Source of the DNA: Candidatus Latescibacterota bacterium
Lineage (GTDB): Bacteria; Latescibacterota; UBA2968; GCA-2709665
Direction: 5' to 3'
DNA: 64,000 bases
Assembly (NCBI GenBank): GCA_965226795.1
Contig: CBDDDZ010000004.1
Location: 224,001-288,000, forward strand
Of the stretch, positions 9,864 through 20,121 are shown in pieces; the stretch's first letter is position 1, and each line of letters opens with the position of its first letter. The notes under the pieces were generated by a model. It worked only from the letters and a program-made list of their open reading frames with translations, was not told the origin of the DNA and searched no databases. The position numbers and the translations under genes were made by a program.

Positions 9864-10241
9864 GTGGATCCCACACACGATATTGCCGAGAGGTTCGAAC
9901 GGGGCGTCCGCGAGTTCAATTCCGGCGACTTTTATGCGTCTCACGACACGTGGGAGGACGTCTGGATGGATGTCCGAGGCCCCGAAAGACCCTTTTTTCA
10001 AGGGATGATTCAGGTGGCCGTGGGTTACTATCATCTGACGTGTGAGAATTACGCGGGCGCGGAACACCTGCTGACCCGGGGGATTCGGAAGCTGAAGGCA
10101 TTCGGTCCGACTCACCGGGGACTCGATTCCGGCGACCTGGTTGCCGGGGCGGCGACGGCGCTGGCGGAGGTCCTTGAGATTCGGGCGGGCATGCGGAAGG
10201 CATATCGATCGGAGATTGCGCCGAGGATTCGAAGGGTTTGA
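9864..10241 (+). CDS. DUF309 family protein
   Basis: FNSGDFYASHDTWEDVW...FFQGMIQVAVGYYH motif; start codon uncertain. Confidence 0.85.
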   Translation: MDPTHDIAERFERGVREFNSGDFYASHDTWEDVWMDVRGPERPFFQGMIQVAVGYYHLTCENYAGAEHLLTRGIRKLKAFGPTHRGLDSGDLVAGAATALAEVLEIRAGMRKAYRSEIAPRIRRV

Positions 10242-10268
10242 CTTTTTACGATAGCCAATGTCGACGAT

Positions 10269-10291
10269 AAGGGCCTTGTGGCCCTTTTTTT
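10269..10291 (+). terminator. Rho-independent terminator
   Basis: AAGGGCC-TTGT-GGCCCTT followed by a T-tract, just after DUF309. Confidence 0.7.
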
Positions 10292-10803
10292 ATCTCTCAA
10301 CATGAAAGATCGCCGTGCGAGTGCGGCCTGTAGGCTGTTCAGATCGGTCACGGATACCCCGATGCGGCTGAATCCGGGTTTGAGACGGGGCATCCAGTTC
10401 GAAGTAGATCGCCTCGGTGACATCATCGCCAGTCCGTTCGCAGCTCACGACCACCTCCTCTTCTCCCGCTCCAACAATTCTACGCACCATTGACGATATC
10501 GCGCCGAAGATCCCCTCGCCACGCCGGTCTTACGGGAACAACTCTTCCCAAATATCGTCCTGCCATATCGCGCCCTCCGATATTGCTCCATCTCCCCTGG
10601 CTTTCGCCGCCGACACCGGCGGCATATCCCGTTTCTTCCAAAAGGATCGCAGCCATTCTTCCCGTTCCCTACCGGACCCGCCGTCGTATATCTCAAGCTC
10701 CGCCGGGAACGTCACATGCGACAGATCCTCCTACTACGCCTGCCCGCTGTTGGGGAGCGCCGGCACAGACCAGTAGAAGAACTGGAACCTGCACGGCCGG
10801 CAT
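10290..10803 (-). pseudogene. Decayed, internally deleted GWxTD-domain protein gene
   Basis: Minus-strand fragments QA**EDLSHVTFPAELEIY, FWKKRD, P*DRRGE, VVVSCERTG..EAIYFELD and LKPGFSRIGVSVTDLN match, in order, the protein at 20364-22580, with in-frame stops and frameshifts. Confidence 0.75.
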
Positions 10804-11118
10804 AGTGAATACATCGGAATGATGACGAATTACTCTACCAGCCTATCGGATAACGCCTTTCTGACTACCTGACTATGTATTATGTATAAGGAACGAAAAA
10901 TGGAAAAACAGTCAATTATGGCGGGAGTTTCCCGAACCTACCTTCCGATGAATACAGACACCGGTTTGTCAATCCTGGTTCAAATAAATCCGGACTTCAT
11001 TGATGTAAACAGTGGAAATTACTCTGGAAACTGTATCCGTCTTTCTGGATTTCACGTCCTTATTTGAATCCAGCCGCTATCGGCGTGTTTCACGGAATCC
11101 AGATTCGAGCAATGCTCG

Positions 11119-11147
11119 TTGACATGAACCGGCGGCTCATGTATATT
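11119..11147 (+). promoter_or_regulatory. sigma70 promoter for the SDR-GNAT genes, with overlapping inverted repeats
   Basis: TTGACA (11119-11124), 17 bp spacer, TATATT (11142-11147). Confidence 0.75.
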
Positions 11148-11233
11148 GGTTCAAGGCCGTAAGATGTTATTATTTGGCAACGTAGTCGATGGCTAAGGGC
11201 AATTTCGACGATGCGACATCCAAGGAGTTTTCG

Positions 11234-12022
11234 ATGCGGTTAAAGGGAAAGGTCGCCTGGATTACGGGCGGCGGCGCAGGCATTGGCAGGGCCGCGTCAA
11301 TGCGGTTCGCGAAGGAAGGCGCGAAGGTGGTTGTACTGGAACTGGACCAGGCGCGCGGAGAGGCCGTCGTTGAGTCGATCCACCGGGCGGACGGCGAGGC
11401 GGCGCTGGTGGTGGGCAGCGCCACCGATGAGGCGGATGTAAAACGCGCGCTCGATATGGCCATGAAAACGTATGGCGGCCTTGATATTCTGGTGAACAAT
11501 GCCTATTATTGCCATGGGACTCACGTCCTGGAAATTGATTCGGAATTATGGGACCGGAATATCGAGGGATGCCTGAAAAGCGCCTACCTGTGCAGCCGGG
11601 CCTCGCTTCCGCAGATGATCCAACGCGGCGGTGGGTCGATCGTGAATATTTCGTCCGTTAACGCGATCATGTCGTTTGGCGAAAGCGCGTATAGCGCAGC
11701 GAAGGCAGGCGTCATTTCGCTCACGAAAACAATGGCAGTGGATTACGGACCCGAAGGGGTGCGGGTGAATGCAATTTGCCCCGGAACCGTTATCACGGAA
11801 GGGTGGCAGCCCGTACTTGAAAAGGATCCACAAATATTCGAACGCATCGCGGAGGTGTATCCGCTCAAGCGCGTGGGCAAACCTGAGGAAATCGCGAACG
11901 TAGCACTTTTTCTGGCCTCGGACGAGGCGTCGTTCGTTACCGGCGCGGTTGTCGTGGCCGACGGTGGCGTGACGTCGGGAAATCCCGCATTTCTGGATCA
12001 CGTAGAGGGTAAACTCTCGTGA
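11234..12022 (+). CDS. Short-chain dehydrogenase/reductase (FabG-like SDR)
   Basis: TGGGAGIG, DILVNNA, catalytic YSAAK, VRVNAICPG. ATG at 11234 follows AAGGAG. Confidence 0.95.
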   Translation: MRLKGKVAWITGGGAGIGRAASMRFAKEGAKVVVLELDQARGEAVVESIHRADGEAALVVGSATDEADVKRALDMAMKTYGGLDILVNNAYYCHGTHVLEIDSELWDRNIEGCLKSAYLCSRASLPQMIQRGGGSIVNISSVNAIMSFGESAYSAAKAGVISLTKTMAVDYGPEGVRVNAICPGTVITEGWQPVLEKDPQIFERIAEVYPLKRVGKPEEIANVALFLASDEASFVTGAVVVADGGVTSGNPAFLDHVEGKLS

Positions 12023-12960
12023 ATACAACCATTCGTTTGCGGGACGAGTCCGTATCAGATCGGGATCTGGTAGACTTGATGGCGCGTTGTGCGGGCGGGG
12101 GCGGGGATGTAACGCCGCCAACAATGGAGACCCTCGAAAAACTGCGCAATGACGAGATTGTGCTGGCGTACGTTGGAGCGACGCCCGTGGGTGTCTGCGT
12201 GCTGACGTTAACAGGCGGAGACAGGGACGCGTTGCTAAGATTCCTGGGTGTCCTTCCCCAGCACCGCCGCTCGGGTGTTGGCCGGCGGTTACTGGCGAAC
12301 GTGGAAGCGGTTGCGGGCAGAAACGGGAACGAATCCTTGCGGACGGCCGCGAGCATCGCCAGCGATAACGCAGCCGCTGCCGGACTGCTCGAAAGGACAG
12401 GCTGGAAACCCGCGTTCGGCGCGGGCCTGAGAATGTGGCGGGAACTGACGAACCTTCCCGAAGCAAAACCACCGGCGGGGTACCGAGTCAGGACCTACGA
12501 AACCGGCGACGATGCGGCATTTGTACGGATCAAAAACGCGGCCTTTATGACGGAGAACGGTAACGGACGGGCGTGGACGGTGGCGAACTTTCAGAAGGAA
12601 TATCTCGACTCCCCATATTTTAAGCCGGAACGGGTCCTGTTTGCAGTCTGCAACGGAGAACCCGTAGGAACGACAACGGCCTGGACGGCGATGAATCATG
12701 CCAAGGAAGTCGGTCTGATTCACTGGGTCGCAGTTGTTCCTGAACACCGGAGAAAGGGTTTGGGGTGGGTGTTGAACGTCCGGGCGGTACATAAATTGAA
12801 GGAACTGGGGTACGGGGAAGCGATCCTCAACACCAGCGAAACGCTGGAATCGGCCGTTCGCCTGTACCACCGGCTGGGCTTTGAGGTGGTTCTCCGGCGC
12901 GCGGTGTACGAGAAGCGGTTGGGTGGAAGTCGCAAGCCGTCCTTCATTTCACAGGATTAA
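12019..12960 (+). CDS. Tandem GNAT acetyltransferase
   Basis: Two acetyl-CoA motif A copies (VLPQHRRSGVG; VVPEHRRKGLG) and AVRLYHRLGF; overlaps the SDR stop. Confidence 0.88.
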   Translation: MNTTIRLRDESVSDRDLVDLMARCAGGGGDVTPPTMETLEKLRNDEIVLAYVGATPVGVCVLTLTGGDRDALLRFLGVLPQHRRSGVGRRLLANVEAVAGRNGNESLRTAASIASDNAAAAGLLERTGWKPAFGAGLRMWRELTNLPEAKPPAGYRVRTYETGDDAAFVRIKNAAFMTENGNGRAWTVANFQKEYLDSPYFKPERVLFAVCNGEPVGTTTAWTAMNHAKEVGLIHWVAVVPEHRRKGLGWVLNVRAVHKLKELGYGEAILNTSETLESAVRLYHRLGFEVVLRRAVYEKRLGGSRKPSFISQD

Positions 12961-13002
12961 ACGCTGCAGCGTGGAATCTGGCCGGGTGAGAGGTCGACGG
13001 AA

Positions 13003-13521
13003 ATGAAGCGGTGGCTGGGAATACTATTGATCATCTGCCTGGGCTGTGGATCGTCGGATCCCGTCGGGGTCGTTGAGCCGACACCCGACACCACGGCTGT
13101 GATGTTGTCGGTTGCTGTATCGGATCTGAATGCGTACCTGGTAAACGTCTCGCGGACCTACGAGACAGTGAATCTGATGAATGCCGAATTCGCGTCCATC
13201 TCCCAGGGATGGTCGGGCGGCGTGGTTTCAAGGTACTGGACACGGCAGTTCATGTCCAATTTGATCGCCCGTTTGGAGACGTTGCAGGTGCAGGTACGGG
13301 ACATTCGGCCGAACGATAGCGAATTGAGCCGGATTCACGACCGGTACGAGCAGGGGCTGGCCACCTTCCACGAGGCTTTTGCCGGCTTTGTCGACCAGAT
13401 CGACTTCCCGACGCCTGAAGGGATCGAAGGCGTGAACCTGCTGATATACAGAGGCAATTTGCGAATAGACGAGTTTCAGCTAATGTTGAGCAATCTTGCA
13501 GGAAGGCAAATTCTGTTTTAG
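13003..13521 (+). CDS. Putative lipoprotein
   Basis: Lipoprotein signal MKRWLGILLIICLGC followed by a helical domain. Confidence 0.75.
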   Translation: MKRWLGILLIICLGCGSSDPVGVVEPTPDTTAVMLSVAVSDLNAYLVNVSRTYETVNLMNAEFASISQGWSGGVVSRYWTRQFMSNLIARLETLQVQVRDIRPNDSELSRIHDRYEQGLATFHEAFAGFVDQIDFPTPEGIEGVNLLIYRGNLRIDEFQLMLSNLAGRQILF

Positions 13522-13754
13522 CGAATTTGCAGGATTTTTGAGGCCAGGATTCAACCCAGATCCGGTGTGTTGGCGGGGAACTCGCGAATAATCCCCTATT
13601 CGATCCTGTCAGCATCATCTCCCCGTCTTACGTTTCATCGCTATACTATTTCATCAACGTGTGGAATGACCGGGCACGCGGGCATCCCAACGCCGTCTTC
13701 CGCCCTGGTATGACGCAGGCCGATCGTGCCATTCCGTCAAAGACAGGAATACTC

Positions 13755-15182
13755 GTGAAATATCGTCCAGGCTCCATTCTTCGACCAAACTCAGGCGGCA
13801 CTGTGCCGAGAGACTTAATGCACTCGGCGGTCCTGGGCGCGATTGCCCTCTGCATCCTTGGCGCGGCGTCTCCGGCGTGGTCCCAGAACCCGGAACTGGT
13901 GCTGTCCGTGTCATCGCTGACTTTGACGGAGGGTTCCAGCGCCAGTTATACGGTTAAGCTGGAAGCAGAGCCGACGACCACCTTAACGGTGTACATTACC
14001 GGTACGTCAGGAACAGACCTTACATTGAACGAAGAATCGCTGACGTTCACCACGGACAACTGGAACTCCCCGCAGACGGTAACGGTGTCGGCAGGTGAGG
14101 ACGGAAACGAGGTCAATGATATCGAGAAGCTGAAGCACATTGTATTTGGAGATTGCTGCTGCGGACGCCTTAGCGGCGAAATTCCCGTTACCGTGGTCGA
14201 CAACGAAAGGTTCAATCTGGTGCTTTCGCCTGCCTCGCTGACGGTCGGCGAGGGTGAAAGCGCCACCTACACCGTCAAGCTGGCGTTGCAACCGACGGGA
14301 AACGTAACCGTGACCATCGGCGGTACTTCGGGGACTGACCTTTCGTTGAACAGATCCACCCTGACGTTCTCCACCGGCAGCTGGAATTCCCCGCAAACGG
14401 TGAGGGTCACCGCGCGCCAGGACGAGAACCGAAGTCATGACAGCGAGACGATCACACACACCGCCTCGGGCGGCGGCTACGGGTCGGTCAGCGAGGATCT
14501 CCCGGTTACCGTGACGGACGACGACGTGCCCGATCTGGTGTTTTCGCCCGCCTCGCTGACAGTCGGCGAGGGAGAAAGCGCCACCTACACGGTCAAGCTG
14601 GCGGCACGACCCGATAGTGACGTATCTTTGGACGTAGACGCTTTTTCCGGAGATAACCTCACCCTGGACAAGTACGAACTGACGTTCACCACCAACAACT
14701 GGAACAACCCCCAGAGGGTGAGAGTGACCGCAGGCCATGACCCTGACGGGGCCAACGAAAATGCAGGGGTGTGGCACGCGGGCTCGGGCGGCGGCTACGG
14801 GTCGGTGTTCAAGTTCATCCACGTTACTGTGACGGACGACGATACACCGGATCTGGTGTTGTCGGAGCGTTCGCTGACGATCAACGAAGGAGAACATACC
14901 ACCTACACCGTGAAGCTGGCAATCGTGCCGACGGGCAACGTGACGGTGACCATCGGCGGCACCTCGGGGACCGACCTTACATTGGACAAGGATGAACTGA
15001 CGTTCGACACCAACACCTGGAACTCCCCGCAGACGGTGAGGGTCACTGCCGACACGGATCCGGACGGAACCAATGACAGCGAGACGCTCACGCACACGGC
15101 GTCGGGCGTTCACCACCAACACCTGGACTACGGTGGGTCGCTGAATAAAGACCTGCCCGTTACCGTGACCCGGACAAGCTGA
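13755..15182 (+). CDS. N-terminal part of giant repeat adhesin (signal peptide plus four ~105-aa Ig/cadherin-like repeats)
   Basis: Signal peptide ...AIALCILGAASPAWS-Q; repeats L.LS..SLT..EG....YTVKL...P...VTVTI.GTSGTDL.L...L.F...NWN.PQTV.VTA. Start codon uncertain. Confidence 0.85.
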   Translation: MKYRPGSILRPNSGGTVPRDLMHSAVLGAIALCILGAASPAWSQNPELVLSVSSLTLTEGSSASYTVKLEAEPTTTLTVYITGTSGTDLTLNEESLTFTTDNWNSPQTVTVSAGEDGNEVNDIEKLKHIVFGDCCCGRLSGEIPVTVVDNERFNLVLSPASLTVGEGESATYTVKLALQPTGNVTVTIGGTSGTDLSLNRSTLTFSTGSWNSPQTVRVTARQDENRSHDSETITHTASGGGYGSVSEDLPVTVTDDDVPDLVFSPASLTVGEGESATYTVKLAARPDSDVSLDVDAFSGDNLTLDKYELTFTTNNWNNPQRVRVTAGHDPDGANENAGVWHAGSGGGYGSVFKFIHVTVTDDDTPDLVLSERSLTINEGEHTTYTVKLAIVPTGNVTVTIGGTSGTDLTLDKDELTFDTNTWNSPQTVRVTADTDPDGTNDSETLTHTASGVHHQHLDYGGSLNKDLPVTVTRTS

Positions 15183-16040
15183 CGATCAACACACCTAACC
15201 GTCTGGCGACACAGCCGACGGGCGTGACCGTGACCACGGCCGGGGACCGACCTCGAACTCCGGCTGGAATCCCCGCAGACGGTGAGGGTCACGGCACGCA
15301 CAGACGCGGACACAAATGACAGCGAGACGCTCACGCACACGGCCTCGGGGGGCGACTACGGGTCGGTAACCAAAGACCTTCCCGTTGCCGTGACGGACAA
15401 GGACGTGCCCAATCTGTTTCTGTCGCCTGGCTCGCTGACAATCGACGAGGGAGACGACAAGACCTATACCCTCAAGCTGGCGACGCTGCCCACGGGTGAC
15501 GTGACGGTGACCATTGGTGGCATTTCGGGAACCGTCCTTACATTGGACAAGAATGAACTGACGTTCACCACCACGACATGGAACTCCCCCCAGACCGTGA
15601 GGGTAACGGCTGACGAGGACACGGACAAGACCGATGACAGAGAGACGCTCACGCACATGGCGTCGGGCGGCGGCTACGGAGGGGTCAACAAGGGCCTACC
15701 CGTAACCATTAACGACAACGATAAGCCGCGCTTGATCCTTTCGCGAAATTCGCTGACGATCACCGAGGGCGGAAACGGCACCTACACTGTAAAACTGGCG
15801 ACGCCGCCGACGGGTGACGTGACGGTGACCATCGGAGGTACGTCGGGGACCGATCTTACCTTGAACAATGCCTCGCTGACGTTCGACACCAACACCTGGA
15901 ACTCCCCCCAGACGGTGCGGGTCACGGCCGGACAGGATCCGGATGTATCCAATGACAGAGCGACACTGACGCACATGGCCTCGGGCGGAGGCTACGATTC
16001 GGTGAGCAAGTACCTCACCGTTTCGGTGAGGGACGACGAT
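13888..16040 (+). repeat. Tandem array of about seven ~315-bp coding repeats, the fifth collapsed
   Basis: Recurrent DNA words such as ctggaactccccgcagacggtgagggtcac and gagacgctcacgcacacggc at roughly 315-bp period. Confidence 0.85.
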
Positions 16041-19000
16041 ACGAGCCGAAGGCGGGCGGTGATCGCGGTGCAGGTGTCGTTTGCGCGGGCGACCTACACG
16101 GCGACGGAAGGTGGTGGCACGGCGACGGTGAGCTTGTCCTTAAACAAGAACCCCGGGCGTAAAGTGGTGGTCCCGCTGATGGTAACGATGAATGGCGGGG
16201 CGACACCGGACGACTACTCCGGCGTGCCGGAAAGCATCACGTTTTATAACGACCAGTTGAAAAAGACCTTTGACGTCACCGCTACCGACGACGCCGTTAA
16301 CGATGGCGGCGAGAGCCTGACGATCGGTTTCGGCAGATTGCCCAGTGGCGTCAGCACGGGCAGTCATGCGACGTCGCAGATAATCCTGCAGGACAACGAC
16401 GCTGTGGTCGAAGTGTATTTCGACCAGCCGACCTACACGGCGGAAGAGGGCGGCGCCGCCGCAATGGTGCGCTTGCGCTTGAGCAAGGACGCCACACGCG
16501 AGGTAACGATTCCATTGACAGCGGCTTATGAAGGTGGCGCGGCGGAAGACGACTTTGCCGGTGTGCCGGAACAAATCACTTTTGCGCGAGGAGAATCGGA
16601 AAAGACCTTTAACGTCACCGCCGCGGACGACGACGTGGATGACGACGCCGAGAGCCTGACACTGGGTTTCGGCACGTTGCCCGACGGGTACGGTCCAGGC
16701 GAGACTGCCGCGACTTCCGTCAATGTCAGGGACAACGATGACCCGGTGGTCACCGTGTCCTTTGACCAGTCGACCTATGAGGGCGTGGAAGGCGGCGCCG
16801 CCGCGGTCGTTCGAGTGCGTTTGAGCGCGGATCCCGAGCGGCAGGTCTCGATTCCACTGACGGCGACACCGGGCAACGGCGCCACGGCAAATGACTATTC
16901 CGACGTGCCTGAAACCATCGTCTTCAACAGCGGTCAGACGGCAAAGGACTTCGTGGTTACGGTTATCGATGACGACATTGACGATGACGGTGAAACACTG
17001 TCGTTCAGCATTGGTACCCCGCCCGAGAGGGTCAATGTGGGACGTCCGTCAACGACAGTCGTACGCCTTTCCGACAATGACGATCCGGTGGTAACGATCT
17101 CATTTGGCGCGGAGGAATACACGGCCGAAGAGGGCGGCCAGGCGGCAAGTATAACCTTGAGTATGAGCGCAGACCCCGAACGCCGGGTCACCATTCCACT
17201 GAACGTGACTCCTGGTAACGGCGCCACAGAGGCGGACTACAGAGTATCGCCGAACGTGACCTTTGACAGCGGCGAAACGGAAAAGACAGTTGAACTGTTG
17301 GCGGTTGATGACAACGTCGACGATGACGGCGAGACCGTAGCGCTCGGATTCGGCGCGCTCCCCTCAATGGTCACTGCGGGTGATCGGACAACCGCTACCG
17401 TTACGCTGACCGACAACGACGAGCGCGGAGTGATCGTATCCGTGACGGAACTGGCGATTTCCGAAGGGGATGCCGGCAGCTATGCCGTGGCGCTTCGCAG
17501 CAGGCCGACAGGTACGGTTACCGTTAATATTACCGGCATGGAAAATACCGACGTGTCGGTAGACCCGAATCAGTTGTCGTTCACGTCGCAGAACTGGAAC
17601 ATTACCAAGGCGGTTGGTGTCCGCACGCAGGACGACGACGACGCAGTGGCGGATCAGGTGACATTGCGCCACGCCACCAGCGGAGGGGACTACGGGAACG
17701 TGGTGGCTCCGACCGTGGTCGTAACGGTCATTGAAGACGAAATGCCGGCGATGACGGTGGAGAACCAGCGCGCAACGGAAGGCGCGGGGGCGATGGTATT
17801 CACCGTTACGCTGGATATGCCGAGCAGTGAGGAAGTCACCGTGAAATATGCGACCTCTAACGGCACGGCATTTTCAGGCGAAGACTACAGCTCAACGCAG
17901 GGCACCCTGGGCTTCGCCGCGCTGCAGACTCGCCAGACGATCAGTGTGCCGCTCATCGACGACAATGTGGATGAAGACGCGGAGACGTTTACACTGACGC
18001 TGACCGAACCTGTGAATGCGACGCTGAGTGGCGGGAGGGTGGTTGCTACGGGCACGATAGATGACAACGATGCCGCGGAGGAAGCGCTGGAGGTTCTGCT
18101 TTCGAGCGTCGGTCGGATGGTGGTGACAGATGTCATTAACGTTGTCAGTGGTCGATTCGATCAACCCGTGGGCATCGAGTCCTCACTCACCCTGGGCGGG
18201 CTGCCCGCGGTTTCCAATGAAGGGCATCCGGGCAACCGGTCGCATTATGCCACCCGATCGAGGTTCGACAGGCTTTCGGCGCCTGGCGACGACCTCTGGA
18301 TACCATTGAAAACGCAGATTTCACACCCTCACGGTCTGAACGCGCCGGCATCTTTCGAGAGCCGTGCCAGCGCATCCGGTCTGTTGTCCGGCAGCGACTT
18401 CGAGATGCCACTCACGCGCGCAGACAGAGTCGGCTCCTGGGTCCTCTGGGGACAGGTCACCCTGACCGGTTTTTCGAGTCTTCCGAACGCCATACGCAGG
18501 ATGGACGCGGATGGGTTCACGGGGTATCTCGGCATTGAATACCAGATGCGGCAGAATCTGCTGGTGGGATTGGCGCTGACGCATAGCCGGGGCGACCTGG
18601 ACTATAACCACGTGAAAACCAGGAATACGCTCGTGCCCAGCGACTACGGCATTACCAGTCTCATGCCGTACGTCCACGTTCAGGTACGCCCGCGGCTCGG
18701 GATCTGGGGAATGGCCGGATACGGGCGCGGAAGCTCGGATATGAGGGACCTGCTTGGGTTCCACGACGCGGACATGTCGCTGATGATGGGGGCCACGGGC
18801 GCAAGGCAGGAATTATCCAGGTGGCATGGCATCGGTTTCGCGGTTAAGGGAGACGCCTTCTACGTGCGGACGAAGTCCGACGGGACCGCGCGATTGCCGG
18901 ATGTGCTTGTAGAGGCCAAGCGGGTGCGCTTGATGATTGAGGGCCGGCGGACCCTCGCCTTCGATCCGGTATTGCGTTTTACCCCCAGGGTTGAAATCGG

Positions 19001-19553
19001 CGGGCGATGGGACAGGGGACATGTAGAGAATGGCGCGGGCATAGACGTGGGTGGAGGCTTCGAACTGGCTCACGCGGAACGCGGCGTCAGTCTGTCTACT
19101 CACTTGCGATACCTGCTGGTTCACCAGCAGGACGCCCGCGAGGAATGGGGCGTCAGCCTGATTTTACGCATCGATCCGGGAATGGTCAGAGAGGGCGTCG
19201 TGATGGATATATCGCCGGTTTGGGGCGCGCCCGGGGGTGGTCCGGAAGCGATATGGCGTAGCGAGGCGGGCCTGGGGATCGGGGGTTACCCGGGATCGGA
19301 GCGTGCGCCGACCATGAGACCGGACCGCATGGCGTTCAATTTCGGATACCAGCTGTTGACGCAGGAAAAAGACGCACTGGTAACCCCCTACGGTGGGTGG
19401 ACAACGGGTATCCGCGGTTACCAGAGCTATCGCGTAGGCAGTCGGCTGGTTGTGGGAAGGGGTGTGGATATGAATCTGGAAGGCACGCGCCAGGCCTATG
19501 ACCAAAGTCCGGGCGCCTATGGGTTGATGCTGCGTGGACGGATGAGATGGTAG
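15282..19553 (+). CDS. C-terminal part of giant adhesin: Ig-like repeats, Calx-beta domains and autotransporter beta-barrel
   Basis: Calx-beta-like units (VSF....Y...EG...DY...F..G...K...V...DD..D); C-terminal amphipathic beta-strands ending in Trp (RGRMRW); continues the repeats of the upstream ORF. Confidence 0.88.
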   Translation: MRVTARTDADTNDSETLTHTASGGDYGSVTKDLPVAVTDKDVPNLFLSPGSLTIDEGDDKTYTLKLATLPTGDVTVTIGGISGTVLTLDKNELTFTTTTWNSPQTVRVTADEDTDKTDDRETLTHMASGGGYGGVNKGLPVTINDNDKPRLILSRNSLTITEGGNGTYTVKLATPPTGDVTVTIGGTSGTDLTLNNASLTFDTNTWNSPQTVRVTAGQDPDVSNDRATLTHMASGGGYDSVSKYLTVSVRDDDTSRRRAVIAVQVSFARATYTATEGGGTATVSLSLNKNPGRKVVVPLMVTMNGGATPDDYSGVPESITFYNDQLKKTFDVTATDDAVNDGGESLTIGFGRLPSGVSTGSHATSQIILQDNDAVVEVYFDQPTYTAEEGGAAAMVRLRLSKDATREVTIPLTAAYEGGAAEDDFAGVPEQITFARGESEKTFNVTAADDDVDDDAESLTLGFGTLPDGYGPGETAATSVNVRDNDDPVVTVSFDQSTYEGVEGGAAAVVRVRLSADPERQVSIPLTATPGNGATANDYSDVPETIVFNSGQTAKDFVVTVIDDDIDDDGETLSFSIGTPPERVNVGRPSTTVVRLSDNDDPVVTISFGAEEYTAEEGGQAASITLSMSADPERRVTIPLNVTPGNGATEADYRVSPNVTFDSGETEKTVELLAVDDNVDDDGETVALGFGALPSMVTAGDRTTATVTLTDNDERGVIVSVTELAISEGDAGSYAVALRSRPTGTVTVNITGMENTDVSVDPNQLSFTSQNWNITKAVGVRTQDDDDAVADQVTLRHATSGGDYGNVVAPTVVVTVIEDEMPAMTVENQRATEGAGAMVFTVTLDMPSSEEVTVKYATSNGTAFSGEDYSSTQGTLGFAALQTRQTISVPLIDDNVDEDAETFTLTLTEPVNATLSGGRVVATGTIDDNDAAEEALEVLLSSVGRMVVTDVINVVSGRFDQPVGIESSLTLGGLPAVSNEGHPGNRSHYATRSRFDRLSAPGDDLWIPLKTQISHPHGLNAPASFESRASASGLLSGSDFEMPLTRADRVGSWVLWGQVTLTGFSSLPNAIRRMDADGFTGYLGIEYQMRQNLLVGLALTHSRGDLDYNHVKTRNTLVPSDYGITSLMPYVHVQVRPRLGIWGMAGYGRGSSDMRDLLGFHDADMSLMMGATGARQELSRWHGIGFAVKGDAFYVRTKSDGTARLPDVLVEAKRVRLMIEGRRTLAFDPVLRFTPRVEIGGRWDRGHVENGAGIDVGGGFELAHAERGVSLSTHLRYLLVHQQDAREEWGVSLILRIDPGMVREGVVMDISPVWGAPGGGPEAIWRSEAGLGIGGYPGSERAPTMRPDRMAFNFGYQLLTQEKDALVTPYGGWTTGIRGYQSYRVGSRLVVGRGVDMNLEGTRQAYDQSPGAYGLMLRGRMRW

Positions 19554-19599
19554 GTGGGGAGAAGCAAATTCAACATCCGCTTCTTCCAAATTCCCTGCC

Positions 19600-20100
19600 T
19601 CCGGCGGGTTCCTTTTGACACGACCAAAAGGAACCAAAAGTCGCCGCTGGGTGCGGTGCCTGCCATATGCATAGCGCGAATCGCCTCACGGGATGCACAT
19701 GATCTTCTGCCCTACCTACCGCGGCAGATATCGGTGTTCGGCGCTGGACGGAACCACGCGCTCTGCTGTGGCTATCCTCCGGATGGGCTTGGCCAACAAG
19801 ACTCGTTAGGCATCCAGACGACGAGTAAAATGGATGTGTTTTTCACACGCATTCTCACGCGATTCGCCTCTCGCGCGACCGGTCGTGGTGAGGGCGGGCT
19901 TTTCCGCGTTATTCCGTCCACCACCTGTGCTTGGTGAAGCCAATGAGGCACGTAGGGTACAGCCTCCGGTCTCTGCGTTTGAGGTGGTTCGCGGAAAAGC
20001 AGCCCCGCGGCGTCTGAGCGGCCTGCCTGCGCCGAGTCGTGCTCGGCAGGCAGGCGCCGTTCTTTTTGGCCCTTTTTCTTTGGCGAGAAAGAAAAAGGGA
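19600..20100. mobile_element. Putative non-autonomous hairpin-bounded (MITE/REP-like) element
   Basis: Left hairpin GGTTCCTTTTG-N7-CAAAAGGAACC (19607-19635) and right hairpin CCCTTTTTCTTT-N6-AAAGAAAAAGGG (20070-20099), each with CCAAAA(A)G facing inward; no credible ORF inside. Confidence 0.45.
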
Positions 20101-20121
20101 TTTAGATCCTCCGCCCAAGAC

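Noticed and set aside
10882..11067. 61-aa ORF in an AT-rich gap
   Set aside because: Atypical codon usage and no homology cues; probably promoter-region sequence.
13888..16040. Periodic DNA repeats considered as a CRISPR array or DGR template/variable repeat
   Set aside because: The period is about 315 bp and in frame with protein domains; there are no spacers, cas genes or reverse transcriptase, and differences are not adenine-specific.
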